Origin: Octopus bimaculoides
Taxonomy: Eukaryota
DNA: 64,000 nucleotides
NCBI RefSeq assembly: GCF_001194135.2
Contig: NC_068985.1
Location: forward strand, 9,290,752-9,354,751
Reading direction: 5' to 3'
The notes under the pieces are model-generated. The model was given only the letters and a program-made list of their open reading frames with translations, ran no database searches and was not told where the DNA came from. A program made the translations under genes and the position numbers. Positions 1 to 12,600 of the stretch are shown here, piece by piece (position 1 is the first letter of the stretch; each line of letters starts with the position of its first letter).

Positions 1-261
1 GATTATATAAAATAGTGAGTAGTTTTATTTTGGATAAATTATTGAGATAATTTTGAAAAGAACTATCGAAGACTGTGAAAGGAACTATTAAGAACTGTTG
101 AAATAATTGAAATAACGCGGCCGCCCCGGGGTGGGGCTGGGGTGGCCGTCCCATCATCATTGTTTAATTTCATTGTTCCATTCTATCATGTGTTAATTGT
201 CCCCGCATGTGTGTATTGTCCCATCTGTGTTTAGCCCCTTGTGGGTAATAAAGAAATTGGT

Positions 262-725
262 ATTTCGTCTGCTGCTACGTTCTGACTTCAAATTCCGCCG
301 AGGTCGACTTTGCCTTTCATCCTATCGGAGTCGATTAAATAAGTACCAGTTACGCACTGGGTTCGATGTAATTGACTTAATCCCTTTGTCTGTCCTTGTT
401 TGTTCACTCTATGTTTAACCCCCTGTGGGCAATAAAGAAATAAATTATCATTATTATTTGCATTTCATCCTTTCAGAGTCGATAAATTAAGTACCAGTTG
501 CATACTGGAGTTGATGTAATCGACTGGCTCCATCCAAAAAAAAAATTCGAACCTTGTGCCTGGAGTAGAAAAGAATACCCTTTCTACTAAAGACAGCTGT
601 CCTGAAATTTGAGGGGAGGGAACTAATCGACCATGTTGACCTAAGTGCTTCACTAGATGGACGAAACGTCACTAAGCATTTTGTCCGGCATGCTAACGAT
701 TCTGCCGGTTCACCACCTTGCATTG
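262..725 (+). mobile_element. SINE family 1 copies (tRNA-type head, GTTCAAATTCC B-box); last piece inverted
   Basis: Matches ...GAGTTCAAATTCCGCCGAGGTCGACTTTGCCTTTCATCC... repeated throughout the window. Confidence 0.85.
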
Positions 726-1059
726 ATATCGCTATATTTTTTCTGCATCTCGGCTGCATTTCTTCGATCTGGTATAATACACTTTACCTCTACCCATTCT
801 GTGAATTTGCCTTATGGCGAATTTCCCTACGGCTAAAATGCTTACGGCAAAATTCACTGAAATCGCATTGTTAACAATTCTCTAATGATTCATCAAACGT
901 TGTCGTCGTCGTGGTGTTAGGATCTCCGTCGTACTCGATGTTGTTGTCCCCGCCACCAGACTACCCCTCTGGGCCTCCACGCCAAGTACGAAGTGGTGCA
1001 GAAGAATGCAACGAGTATGGTCGACAATGAAGCTGCCCCGCTGTAGCAGCTCACTTTAC

Positions 1060-1570
1060 TAGTTAAATCGGCCCCAGTACTTGTTTCTCTAACTCTGGTA
1101 CTTTTTCTATCGTTCCTTTTCACTGAACCGCTAAGTTACGGGGACGTAAACACAGTAACATCGGTTGTCAAGCGATGGTGCAGGGACAAACACAGACACA
1201 AACACACACAGACACACATATACATGATGAGCTTCTTTCAGTTTCCGTCTACCAAATCCACTCACAAGGCTTTGGTCGGCTCGAGGCTATAGCTGAAGAC
1301 ACTTGCCCAAGGTGCTACGCAGTGGGACTGAACCCAGAATCATGTAGTCAGTAAGCAAGCTTTTTACCACACAGCCTGCGCCTGTATGAAAACCAGCGCC
1401 AGTTGTCAGGTGGTGGTTGGGGACAAACAAATACAAATACACACAGACATATACGACGGGCTTCGTTCAGTTTTCGTCAACCAAATCCGCTCACAAGGCT
1501 TTGCTCGGCTAGGGGCTTAAGCAAATAACATTTGCCCATGGAGCCACGCAATGACAGCGAACCCAAGTCC
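1060..1570 (-). mobile_element. Two copies of SINE family 3 (CORE-like, internal CA microsatellite)
   Basis: Reverse complement of tRNA-like head plus TTGGGCAAGTGTCTTC core-like block. Other copies near 13155-13545(-), 18560-18720(+), 20990-21770(+), 23095-23232(+), 24420-24550(+), 39050-39440(-), 62955-63355(-), 63360-63895(-). Confidence 0.8.
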
Positions 1571-1674
1571 TGCGCTTTGTTAGTTTTATTATAAAAGATA
1601 TTCTATAGGTAGGGCAAATTATGATAACTGCTTCCATGCTTGTCTCTCTACTTCAATATCTTAATTCCTAAAAG

Positions 1675-2100
1675 ACGGGGAGCTAGCAAAATCGTTAGCA
1701 CGCCGGGCGAAATGCTTGGCGGTATTTCGTCTGCCACTGTGTTCTGAGTTCAAATTCCGCCGAGGTCGACTTTGCCTTTCAGGGTCAATAAATTAAGTAC
1801 CAGTTACGTACTGGGGTCGATCTAAGCGACTTACCCCCTCCCCCAAAATTTTGGCCCTTGAGCCAAGTGTAGAAGCGATTCCTTTTTTTAAGGCAGCGAG
1901 CTGGCAGAAACGTCAGCGGGCGAAATGCTTAGCAGTATTTCATCTGTCTCTATGTTTTGAGTTCAAATTCCGCCGAGGGCGACTTTGCCTTTCATTCTTT
2001 CGGGGTCGATAAATTAAGTACTAGTTGCGTACTGGAGTCGATGTTGTCGACTTGCCCCTTCCCCAAAAATTCCAGGCCTTGTGCCTAGAGTAGAAAAGAT
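1675..2100 (+). mobile_element. Two tandem SINE family 1 copies
   Basis: Head GAGCTGGCAGAA, B-box and TAGAGTAGAAAAGA 3' end. Confidence 0.85.
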
Positions 2101-2924
2101 TCCTAAGATTTGAGGTCTGTACTGTAAGACAAAGAACAGAGATAAGACGTAGGTCCTCCGACCGAAAGCGTTTTCTTTCGTATCTAGTTTTCAAATTGAG
2201 TAAAACCGAATGGCTCAGTGATTCGGGTATTCAGCTCACGACTGTAAGAACGAGAGTTCGATTTCCAGCGGCGCATTGCATCCTTAAACACGACGGTTTA
2301 CTTCACGTTGCTCCCGTCCATGGTACAAATGGACATGATGCATGTCCATTTACCGCTATAACATCAAGTTCAGCGAAATATTTGAAATCTGAATTCTTGG
2401 AACGCTGGTCATTTCTGACCATGAGTCATGGTGGGAGGGAACGTGTGTTTTATTTTTCCAGTGCATTTTTTTTTTTTTTTTGTATTTAATGTGAAATTGG
2501 CTAATTCAGACTATTTGTAAGCGCTCCCTTGATTAAAAAAGAAATGAACAGTATCCACTTGTCAAAGCAATGATGAAAAACAACCGTAAACAAAAGCTTG
2601 CATTGACTGCTTGTCTCTAGAAACACTTCACACCGGAGATGATTCATGTCAAATTGTAATCCGGATTCTGCTTGCTTCAAATTTTGATTCAGGGGCTACG
2701 CAGGAAGTTGCCAGAAATTTCTATCAACAAATAATTCAACTTACTCTGCAGACACACACTAACATACCAAAAGGCTAATCATGTCGGACGCATGCATTTT
2801 CAAACATATACTCACTACTAAATAACATAAGTTTTCTTTCGCTTTCTGTCACATAACAAATATTGATTCCAATCATTTGTGGCGAGCCAACAATTTCAAG
2901 GGAAGCAGAAGTTGTTTCATCGAT

Positions 2925-3076
2925 GGCAGCGCTAAGCTGGTACTTAATTTAGCGACCTCGAAAGCATGAAATGCAAATTTGACCTCGGCGGAATTTGAAC
3001 CCACAACGTAAAGACGGACAAAATTCCGTTAAGCATTTTGCCTAGCCTGCTAACGATTCTGCCAACTCGCCGCCTT
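2925..3076 (-). mobile_element. SINE family 1, 5' half
   Basis: Head AAGGCGGCGAG on minus strand at 3076, abutting a (TAA)n tract. Confidence 0.85.
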
Positions 3077-3119
3077 AAAAAAAAAAAAAATAAATAAATA
3101 AATAAAAAAATAAAAAAAA

Positions 3120-3239
<120 letters not shown>

Positions 3240-3575
3240 AAATGGAGAAACTTTCAAAATACGAAGACCTGGAAATAGAGGTAACTCGAATGTGGAATCT
3301 AAAAACAGAAACAATTCCTATCATAGTAGGTGCCTTAGGTATAATAAAAAAATATTCAGACAAATACATAACAAAAACACCAGGACTTACAAATATATAT
3401 AACATACAGAAAATTTCACTACCGGGCACTGCACACATCCTACGCAAAACACTTTCAATACAGTAACCATAAGAGCATCACAGCAAACCACAGCACATAC
3501 CCAAGGCACACAGAGCTGCGCTCGGTAGTGAAGTGAAAGCACGTTATAAAAATAAAACTACTGAATAATAATGAT
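3240..3575 (+). mobile_element. R4/Dong-like RLE non-LTR retrotransposon, 3' end (subfamily A)
   Basis: EKLSKYEDL...IPIIVGALG...GTAHILRKTLS* plus 3' UTR and (AAT)n tail; close relative at 41018-41300. Confidence 0.85.
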
Positions 3576-3589
3576 AATAATGCAAATAT

Positions 3590-4030
3590 ACTGTGAGATT
3601 GTATGATTCAGTGCGACCATGAGATAGAGAAGTGGAAGCCAGATATAGTCTTAATTGAGAAAGAAAACAAACTATGCTGGATCATAGATGTAGCATGCCC
3701 AGCTGACAACAAGGTATGCGATAAGGAAGAAAGAAAAGTCGAGAGATATGACAGGTTAGCTTGGGAAGTTAAGCAGTTGGGGTCTTTGAAAAAGGTGGTA
3801 GTAGTATTAATAATTATCGGAGCCCTGGGAACAGTGAGTAAAAATCTTGAGAAGTACGTGGAACAAATAGGGGCTGCAATAAGGGTGGAGCAGTTGCAGA
3901 AAACAGCACTGTTTGGAACCGCTTGAATACCCCAGATGGTGCTTGAAAGACAAGGGGTGTTACCTTAGTTCACTGGTAGGGAACAGCTGACATTGTAGTA
4001 CATCTCCAGCGTTAGAAGCTGTGCAAAGGC
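3590..4030 (+). mobile_element. R4/Dong-like RLE retrotransposon, 3' end (subfamily B)
   Basis: KPDIVLIEKENKLCWIIDVACP...K: PD-(D/E)xK-type RLE, IIIGALG, LQKTALFGTA; (AAT)n tail. Confidence 0.85.
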
Positions 4031-4082
4031 AATGATAATAATAATAATAATGATGATAATATTAGTAATAATAATAATGATG

Positions 4083-4120
<38 letters not shown>

Positions 4121-4130
4121 CCTTTCTACT

Positions 4131-4275
4131 GGAAGCACAAGGCCTCAAATTTGTGGGGAGGGAACTAGTCGATTACATCGACCTCAGCGAAATTTGAACT
4201 CAGAACGTAAGGACGGACGAAATGCCGCTAAACATTTCGTCCGGCCTGCTAACGATTCTGCCAGCTCGCCGCCTT
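4131..4275 (-). mobile_element. SINE family 1 with (ATT)n tail
   Basis: Internally deleted copy; its tail merges with the 4032-4130 (AAT)n tract. Confidence 0.8.
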
Positions 4276-5372
4276 ATCAGTGGAAATAACAACAACAAAA
4301 TCGACAATGGCATTTATGAGTTTCCTCTCGACATCCCAGAAATAGTAACCGAACCTACCTTATAATATTGATGGACACATAGACCATAAAAAAAAAATTG
4401 TATGGTCATGGTTGGTAGCACTTGCATGTGCAAGTTGTTTGCAAAACATACATTACAGAAAGCATAAGCCGAAGACAGGTGAGCAAACAGCAAGCGGGAA
4501 GAATGGGAAAATCTTTGACGTTTCGTGTCTGCGCTCTTCGACAAAATAAAAAGAACGCTTTAATCTATTCTTTTCTAGGTTTCTTCACTTTTTCAACAAT
4601 CAACAACTCCAGCATATCAACTAGAACAGCATACATTCTTAAACCAAATGTCTAACTCACAGAGCTGAGTGCAAAATTCCTGCATAAGTAGAACTTTGAG
4701 AAGGTCGGGATCTGCTACTTTGAGTTAATGAAGATCCATTAAATCAAAGGAAAAATCTATCGTAGCTTTTTAACAAGAGATAAAACGAGGTCAAGATGGC
4801 ATCCTCAAGACCAGGAGCAGTAGACTACGGTCCGCACTTTTATTTCAGGCTGATCACCGACTGTATTGTATAAGTGCAGTTGTATACAAAAATGTCTTTG
4901 CTTGTTTTATCCAATTTTTTCTCAAATGGGTTAATGTTTTGTATGAGGAATTCCTACCACGTTTCGTGGTTTGCTACCTCAACAGCTCCTTCATAGGATC
5001 CAGTGGTTAAAGACATCATCAGGAGGAACCACGTCTGGTTTCGGCCCCTACTCATCTACAGTTTTCGACGTGGCGTGCCTACACCTTTAAAAAAAATGAA
5101 ATTTCTTTGCTTAGTAAAATCTGTATCAATATGCACGACATTTTAAAAAGTAAATTCTTTCAGCTTCCTAAATGAAGCAAGGAGGAAATAATAGCGTCTC
5201 ATGCGATGGAAGAATGCAGTTTGCATGAATAATTGGTTCTTAGAAAGGAAAGAGAGATAAAAATAGCTTTAGTAGTCTGCTGAGGAAAGCAGGTAAAATG
5301 GCTGGTGCCAACTCTAAAGTCACAACGACACGTATTCAACATGAATTTACCACTCTTCAATGCATGCCGTAT

Positions 5373-5754
5373 TTGTGGCACTCCGTCGCTTACGACGCCG
5401 AGGCTTCCAGTCGATCCGATCAACGGAACGGCTTGCTCGTGAAATTAACGTGCAAGTTGCTGAGCACTCCACAGACACGTGTACCCTTAACGTAGTTCTC
5501 GGAGATATTCAGCGTGACACAGTGTGACAAGGCTGACCCTTTGAAATACAGGTACAACAGAAACAGGAAGAAAGAGTGAGAGAAAGTTGTGGTGAAAAAG
5601 GTCAGCAGGGTTCACCACCATCCCCTGCTGGAGCCTCGTGGAGCTTTAGATGTTTTCGCTCAATAAACACTCATAACGCCTGGTCTGGGAATCGAAACCA
5701 CAATCCTATGACCGCGAGTCCGCTTCCCTAACCACTGGGCCATTGCGCCTCCAC
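5373..5754 (-). mobile_element. SINE family 2 (tRNA head, RTE-like tail), full length with TSD
   Basis: A-box GGCCCAGTGGTTAG, B-box GGTTTCGATTCC; 11-bp TSD GCATGCCGTAT at 5362-5372 and 5755-5765. Confidence 0.9.
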
Positions 5755-6154
5755 GCATGCCGTATGAATAGGGCACAAACGGAATTTCAGTTCATTAAAT
5801 GGAATACAATTTTGTTTTTTATTGCGAAAAGTGACGTTTAACGTTTTAAAAGAGGCTGTAATTGTGATTTTATTTTCGTTCGCTTTGGCCTGCAAGACAT
5901 AAAAGCATTTTGAATCCAAAAGGTGTTGCCACCCACTGCTCCAGGCAAGGGCTTGAGAACTGTTTAGTGCTAGTTATTAATTGCAAGCGTCTAAAACAAA
6001 ACCCGCAGGGGTGCATCTGTGAATAAAAACATTATGAATTTTTAATTTTACGAATTCATAGTTATGCAACATATTATTTTTTTAATTTTAAAACTTAAGT
6101 TATTGCCTAGCTTAGTTTTATTTAACTTATTTATTTAGAAAGCAGCCAGCTAAC

Positions 6155-6608
6155 AGAATAGTTAGCTACGCCAGAGAAAATGTGTAGCTGTATTTGTTCC
6201 GACTTTACGTTCTGAGTTCGAATTCCACCTAGATGGACTTTGCCTTTCAATTTTTAGCGGTCAATTAAATAAGCACCAATTGAGCACTGAGGTCGATGTA
6301 ATCGATTGGCCCCTACTTCCCACCAAATTTCAAGACTAATGCCTGTAGTAGAAAAGATACATATATTTATATATTTAATATTTTGATGAGATTAAGGCGG
6401 CGAGCTGGCAGAAACGTTAGCACGCCGGGCGAAATGCTTAGCGGTATTTCGTCTGCCGCTACGTTCTGAGTTCAAATTCCGCCGAGGTCGACTTTGCCTT
6501 TCATCCTTTCGAGGTCGATAAATTAAGTACCAGTTGCGTACTGGAGTCGATCTAATCGACTGGTCCCTTCCCTCCAAAATTTCGAGCCCCGTTCCTAGAG
6601 TAGAAACG
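6155..6608 (+). mobile_element. Two tandem SINE family 1 copies (6393-6608 near consensus)
   Basis: Full head-to-tail match to other copies. Confidence 0.9.
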
Positions 6609-7190
6609 AATATTTTTCATGAGATTTTAGACTTCATCATGGATCGATTTCGAATTTTCCTACGAATGAAATATCGCCCCACATTCAGGAAAGGAATATC
6701 TAAACTCTGCTCTAGACATAGGTAAAAAAAAAAGTTCTTTCTCGTTATGGCTTAACTCGAAGCAAATAAAGCTGTGAATGACAGAGTGTAAATATTGAAC
6801 TAAAAGACATTATTTAAAATCCAATACCTACACGCTAATATTGATAGCTTTATTTGCTCCGAGTCAATTCCCAAACAGAATTACTTCACATTCCCTCGAG
6901 CTTTCTAAATGCATATGACGTCAACAAAATGGATGAACATATTAAGTTTGTTTGTCAAAACCCTGTGCATGCAGAATGTTGGAACTAACTTCGATATTAC
7001 ATAGTGGAAGGTTATTGTTCCAGGCAACTGTTTTGCTTATTAATTTCTTGCAATAGGCTAATAACACCTTATGATTATTAATTTGTCAAGCTCTACAAAG
7101 CCGACCAGTGCGTGAGAAGCATATTACGTTTGCGCAAATCTATCATAGCTGCCAGCCTCAGTCTCTTGGCTTTATGCATAAATAGTTTAT

Positions 7191-7235
<45 letters not shown>

Positions 7236-7236
7236 T

Positions 7237-7274
<38 letters not shown>

Positions 7275-7618
7275 TTCGTTAAAAATGCAGCAAAAATATC
7301 ACAAAAGTGGTTACTCGGAGTTTCATGTTCCCGTTCATCGGACAGTTTTGTTAGAAATNNNNNNNNNNNNNNNNNNNNNNNNNNNNNNNNNNNNNNNNNN
7401 NNNNNNNNNNNNNNNNNNNNNNNNNNNNNNNNNNNNNNNNNNNNNNNNNNNNNNNNNNNNNNNNNNNNNNNNNNNNNNNNNNNNNNNNNNNNNNNNNNNN
7501 NNNNNNNNNNNNNNNNNNNNNNNNNNNNNNNNNNNNNNNNNNNNNNNNNNNNNNNNNNNNNNNNNNNNNNNNNNNNNNNNNNNNNNNNNNNNNNNNNNNN
7601 NNNNNNNNNNNNNNNNNN

Positions 7619-7663
<45 letters not shown>

Positions 7664-7739
7664 CTTTCTTTAGTTTCAGCTCAGAGCTGTGGCCATGCTA
7701 GGGCACCGCCGTTTTGCTACACTATTATTACTGAGAGCC

Positions 7740-8146
7740 TCCTCTCATATGTAGCACTTGGTAAAGAATGGAGTTTGATCCTGCCACTCTCATTTGCACT
7801 TCTGGGACTCTCGACAGGATCACAACATATAGATACACTGCGGCATAATTTCTTTTCCTCAACAGGCCCTGCTCTGTTTGACATTGTCCCGAAACAAATA
7901 AAAGAGGAAAAGGGTCCTATCAGCTTAAAACGGAGTCTAGATAGATTTTTTCAGGGAATACCAGACAAGCCACCCATGCCTGGATACAACTCACTCAATA
8001 AGAACTGACTACTTGAATGGACCACAAACAAAACTTGACTGTAAAAAGGATTTAAGATAATCCTATCAGGTTTTGCTATTAAGTTAGACAAGGCCTGGAC
8101 CAATCTTTGGTCGAAACATATCTAAGTTTATCTAAGTCTAAGTTTA
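7740..8146 (+). mobile_element. CR1/L2-group LINE 3' end
   Basis: GPALFDIVPKQIKEEKGPISLKRSLDRFFQGIPDKPPMPGY resembles the ORF2 C-terminus (GPxLFN.LP...FK..LD.FL..IPD.P); short tandem tail (TCTAAGTTTA) runs into a gap. Confidence 0.7.
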
Positions 8147-9161
8147 NNNNNNNNNNNNNNNNNNNNNNNNNNNNNNNNNNNNNNNNNNNNNNNNNNNNNN
8201 NNNNNNNNNNNNNNNNNNNNNNNNNNNNNNNNNNNNNNNNNNNNNNNNNNNNNNNNNNNNNNNNNNNNNNNNNNNNNNNNNNNNNNNNNNNNNNNNNNNN
8301 NNNNNNNNNNNNNNNNNNNNNNNNNNNNNNNNNNNNNNNNNNNNNNNNNNNNNNNNNNNNNNNNNNNNNNNNNNNNNNNNNNNNNNNNNNNNNNNNNNNN
8401 NNNNNNNNNNNNNNNNNNNNNNNNNNNNNNNNNNNNNNNNNNNNNNNNNNNNNNNNNNNNNNNNNNNNNNNNNNNNNNNNNNNNNNNNNNNNNNNNNNNN
8501 NNNNNNNNNNNNNNNNNNNNNNNNNNNNNNNNNNNNNNNNNNNNNNNNNNNNNNNNNNNNNNNNNNNNNNNNNNNNNNNNNNNNNNNNNNNNNNNNNNNN
8601 NNNNNNNNNNNNNNNNNNNNNNNNNNNNNNNNNNNNNNNNNNNNNNNNNNNNNNNNNNNNNNNNNNNNNNNNNNNNNNNNNNNNNNNNNNNNNNNNNNNN
8701 NNNNNNNNNNNNNNNNNNNNNNNNNNNNNNNNNNNNNNNNNNNNNNNNNNNNNNNNNNNNNNNNNNNNNNNNNNNNNNNNNNNNNNNNNNNNNNNNNNNN
8801 NNNNNNNNNNNNNNNNNNNNNNNNNNNNNNNNNNNNNNNNNNNNNNNNNNNNNNNNNNNNNNNNNNNNNNNNNNNNNNNNNNNNNNNNNNNNNNNNNNNN
8901 NNNNNNNNNNNNNNNNNNNNNNNNNNNNNNNNNNNNNNNNNNNNNNNNNNNNNNNNNNNNNNNNNNNNNNNNNNNNNNNNNNNNNNNNNNNNNNNNNNNN
9001 NNNNNNNNAAGGGTGTAATCATCTTCGCCCTTCCTCTCGAAATTGCTGGCATTGTGCTAAAATTAGAAAGAATTATATGAACTAAAAATAGCTGCCAAGT
9101 CTCCTTCAAATTACTCCCATTTCTTTTAATAAAAGAAAGAATGCGTTAACTAATGTAATCT

Positions 9162-9208
<47 letters not shown>

Positions 9209-9240
9209 TTGTTTCTCCGGAGTTAGTCAAATTGATGTAG

Positions 9241-9290
9241 ACGCCTCTGATGAGAATCCAATTGGAATCGAAAATCGATTAAAGTTTATC
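9241..9290 (+). ncRNA. Minimal hammerhead-ribozyme-like motif
   Basis: CTGATGA - GAATCC AATT GGAATC - GAA - palindromic AATCGATT - A; stem I weak. Confidence 0.5.
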
Positions 9291-10019
9291 ATTGCTTTCA
9301 GTCTACGAAGAAACAGTTAAATTTGCCATGTTTATACAAGTACTATATAAGATGCTCACACGCATACACACACACTGACACACACACACGAATGTATGCA
9401 CGTGTGTATGTATGTAGGCGTGAATGTTTTTGACCCCTGCCAACGCTTGATAACCGGTGTTCGTTTGCTTAGGTCTCTGCAACATAGCGGTTCGACTATT
9501 TTCGGATCGATAAAATAAGTACAATATTTAACCAATAACAACTGGGGGCGATTTGTTCGACCAAACCTTTCAGGTGCTGCTCCAGTATGGTGGCAATTCA
9601 ATGACGGAAACAAGCAACAGGTAAAGGATGTAATAATTATATTTCACTTACAGAAGGGTGTTTGCATTGTAAGTAGCCACCCGTATCAAACAAGTACTCG
9701 GAACTAAATTAATCTGACCTGATGTTACATGTATGTACATCAAAATGGTGGCGGGGGTGGCGGTGCATTGTAGGGGGAGTCGACAAAGTGTTATGTAAGG
9801 AATAAGCACTAATTTAATGCACCGTAACCACAAACAGGTGTGTTTCTTTCACCAACAAATTCCACACAATACGATATAGATTATACGTAGTAAAAACAAA
9901 ACCATGCATAATTTGTAATTCCTGATCCAAACCTTTGCTATTATGTTAAACTGTCGTATGTCCAAATTTGGTCAAATACGTTTTTTTTTGTTGTTTTTTT
10001 TCAATATTTATTTTTGCTT

Positions 10020-10255
10020 GAGGGCGGTGAGCTGGCAGAATCGTTAGCACGTCGGACGAAATGCTCAGCGGTATTTTGTCTGCCGTTACGATCTGAGTTC
10101 AAATTCCGCCGAGGTCGACTTTGCCTTTCATCCTTTCGGGGTCGATTAAATAAGTACCAGTTATGCACTGGGGTCGATGTAATCGACTTAATCCCTTTGT
10201 CTGTCCTTGTTTGTCCCCTCTATGTTTAACCCCCTGTGGGCAATAAAGAAATAAA
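10020..10255 (+). mobile_element. SINE family 1, alternative-tail variant (...GGGCAATAAAGAAATAA)
   Basis: Same variant tail at ~380-440, 45480-45530(-), 49470-49540(-), 56280-56345. Confidence 0.9.
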
Positions 10256-10619
10256 TATTTATTTTTGCTTACAATAGCCGGTTCTTTTGGTCGAACTGTC
10301 GTATCTCCAGCTGTTTCAGATGGCAAACTATCAAAAATTGTCAAAGTGTAGTACAACGGTTTTGCTATGGAATGGTGAAACTATTGCTTCGTTTTCTGAA
10401 AAAGCAACATTTTAGACTTACGACACTTTTGCATAATAGCAACAATCTGTAGTCTACATAAAGAATAGATGATATCAAAAGCTGAAGTAACACATCTTAT
10501 ACTCTCTAATAAATTAATATTTATTATATACTTCAAAAGTACAGAACTTTAGAATGTATTTGCCAACAATCCACTAAACTCTAAAACGTCCTCAACCAGG
10601 AAACTTCTGAACTACCGGC

Positions 10620-10880
10620 TCAAACTCGGCCGCTAGTCAGGTCGAGAAGGGCAAACTGTCAAAGTATCAATTACTCTCTGACAGGTTTGTGGTCGGGTAT
10701 GAGACGGTACAGACCTCCGGCGTTCTAGCCTCCCCCATCCCCGACCACACCCCAGCTCACTGCTGTCGGGGCTGAAATGGCTGACTGCAAGTGCGAGACC
10801 CGTGAATCAGAGTGACTGTTTCAATGCAACTCCATCGCCATCCTCCGGGGCAACGCCTTTTCCATTTTATCTGCTGGGAC
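10620..10880 (+). mobile_element. CRE-clade-like RLE retrotransposon C-terminal remnant
   Basis: Own translation: SAASQVEKGKLSKYQLLSDRF..GYET and E*LFQCNSIAILRGNA, matching AA..AE..K..KY...ET and FQR.S.AIQRGNA. Confidence 0.6.
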
Positions 10881-11559
10881 AATAAGGCGGACGGACAAGC
10901 CTTTTTATATAATCCTCTGCTATGAGGAAAAGGAAAATTATGATGATTAAGGCAGGCCGGTTCATCAAAATTAGAAAACTATTTCATTAAGCACTATGGA
11001 ACAAATGCTAAAAATAACCAGAACGACCCCAGCTCGTGTCGACTGAACAAACCTCAAATGACCAATATCCAATATAATTCTAAAATTCATATTCAAAAAT
11101 GAAAGTTATGAACGCCATCTTGGATTGAACGTATTACTACTACATTTTGCTTCTCCTACGGACCAAGAATATGCATTAAGCAGTCACTGCGACACATCAT
11201 ATAATGTAAAAGCGAATCAAAAATAAGCATCTGAGGATATATAAAACAACCAATTTAACAATTTAACAATTAGCAGTGAAACTTTCCAGTGAGACAATAG
11301 CGTCATGATTATTCAGATATCATTACCAACGTCATGCGTTGACATTAGAAATTGTTACACAAACTATGTCTACAATATTCTCTCGACTATCGCAAGCGCT
11401 ACGTTCCAAAAAACCCAGCGATACGTGAAAATCCGTGAAGAAGAAACAGTACTATATTGTATATATTTTTATTATTACTTTTATAATTTGTACATATTAG
11501 TATATTATAAATGCAGATAAGGTGGGTAGGAGTGAAGAGAGACAGTTAGTGTCTGATGA

Positions 11560-12215
11560 AGAAAGGAGAGGAGAGGAATTAGATGAAGAGAGGGGGGAAA
11601 TTGAGCCCTTGTCGTGCAAAGGAGCGAAGAGAGAAGATTAATTTCTGTTCACGGCGAAGGCGTGAGTCCGGATGGCCCTGTCAAAAACAATATGAACACA
11701 GACAGGTGTTGTAGTGAATGACCGGTAGAGCGGAAATGGTGCGAGAGCGGGGTGTCATTGCCGAGTTTGATGTATCGGAGATGCTCCGCGAACCGGTCAG
11801 CCAAGCAGCGTCCCTTTTGACCGATGTACTGAGAAGGGCAGAAAAAGCATCAGAAACAGTCAATGACATTGCTAGAAGTGCAGGTAAAGGAGTCGGTTAT
11901 ATGATAGGGACGATTATGGGTGCCTGGGAAGAAGGTGATGCTGGAGAGGAGGAGCAAGTACGGCAGCGTGGGCGGGAGCGGGGGAATGAGCCATGCTGGT
12001 AGGTAGGGGTTAGGAAAGAAACTGTGGACCATGAGGTCACGCTGCTTGTGGGCTCATTTGAAGGATGGAATCGATAGGCTGGGGAAGATGAGCGAGGTGA
12101 AGGAGTCGGGCTGGAGTCGGCGGAAGACTCAGAGAATGGTTCATTGGAGGGGAGGGATGGTAGGTGATGGAAAGCGGGAGACGAGCAACGGCTGGGCAGC
12201 TGCGGGGAGAGAGAG
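11560..12215 (-). mobile_element. Penelope-like element 3' end (GIY-YIG endonuclease), GC-rich
   Basis: Frameshifted minus-strand peptides RLPLSITYHP, RCRTC, FTCTSSNVI, QYIGQKGRCLADRFAEHLR, HHFRSTGHS, RREQKLIFSLRSFARQGLN. Confidence 0.8.
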
Positions 12216-12429
12216 TAGAGACACAGAACGTAACGGCAGACGAAATACCGCTAAGCATTTTGCCCGGCGCACTAACGATTCTGCCAGCTCGCTGTCTTTG
12301 ATGTTATAATAATTCGGATTCCATCCATACATCCATCTTCTCCACCCACCTTTCCTGAGAGGGTCAAGGGGTCAAGAGGGTAGAATCCTCGAGCACCTTC
12401 TTCATAACGTCCTTCAGAAGCAACCATCC

Positions 12430-12600
12430 ATTACGCTTTGCAACTGGATATCCAACCATGACCATCTCAGACTATGGATATTATCCACTCATCTCGTTCT
12501 TGGTTTTCCTCTTAGGTATCTTGCGAGTCTTTTCCGCGTCGTTCTAATCACATGTCCATAATATTAGAGTCGTGACTTCTCAATGCCTTCTTTTATTTGA
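12430..12600 (-). mobile_element. Decayed RTE-like LINE fragment
   Basis: GHVIRTTRKRLARYLRGKPRTR*VDN resembles GHV.R...R..GRP..RW.D. Confidence 0.4.

Noticed and set aside
900-1060. GC-rich stretch with an RTE-like CGACGGA stem and (ACG)n tail on minus
   Set aside because: Too short and diverged to assign by eye.
4956-4990. Additional CTGTTGAG...GAAACGT hammerhead-like match on minus (and a CAGACGA variant at ~15215)
   Set aside because: G at the cleavage position or a broken core, and no stem I; decayed at best.
5700-5754. tRNA-like sequences (also ~30110, 33550, 42490, 52830, 56730)
   Set aside because: SINE heads with A/B boxes but no complete cloverleaf, followed by SINE bodies.
11718-12002. 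Plus-strand 94-aa ORF in the GC-rich block
   Set aside because: Antisense shadow of the Penelope-like GIY-YIG region.
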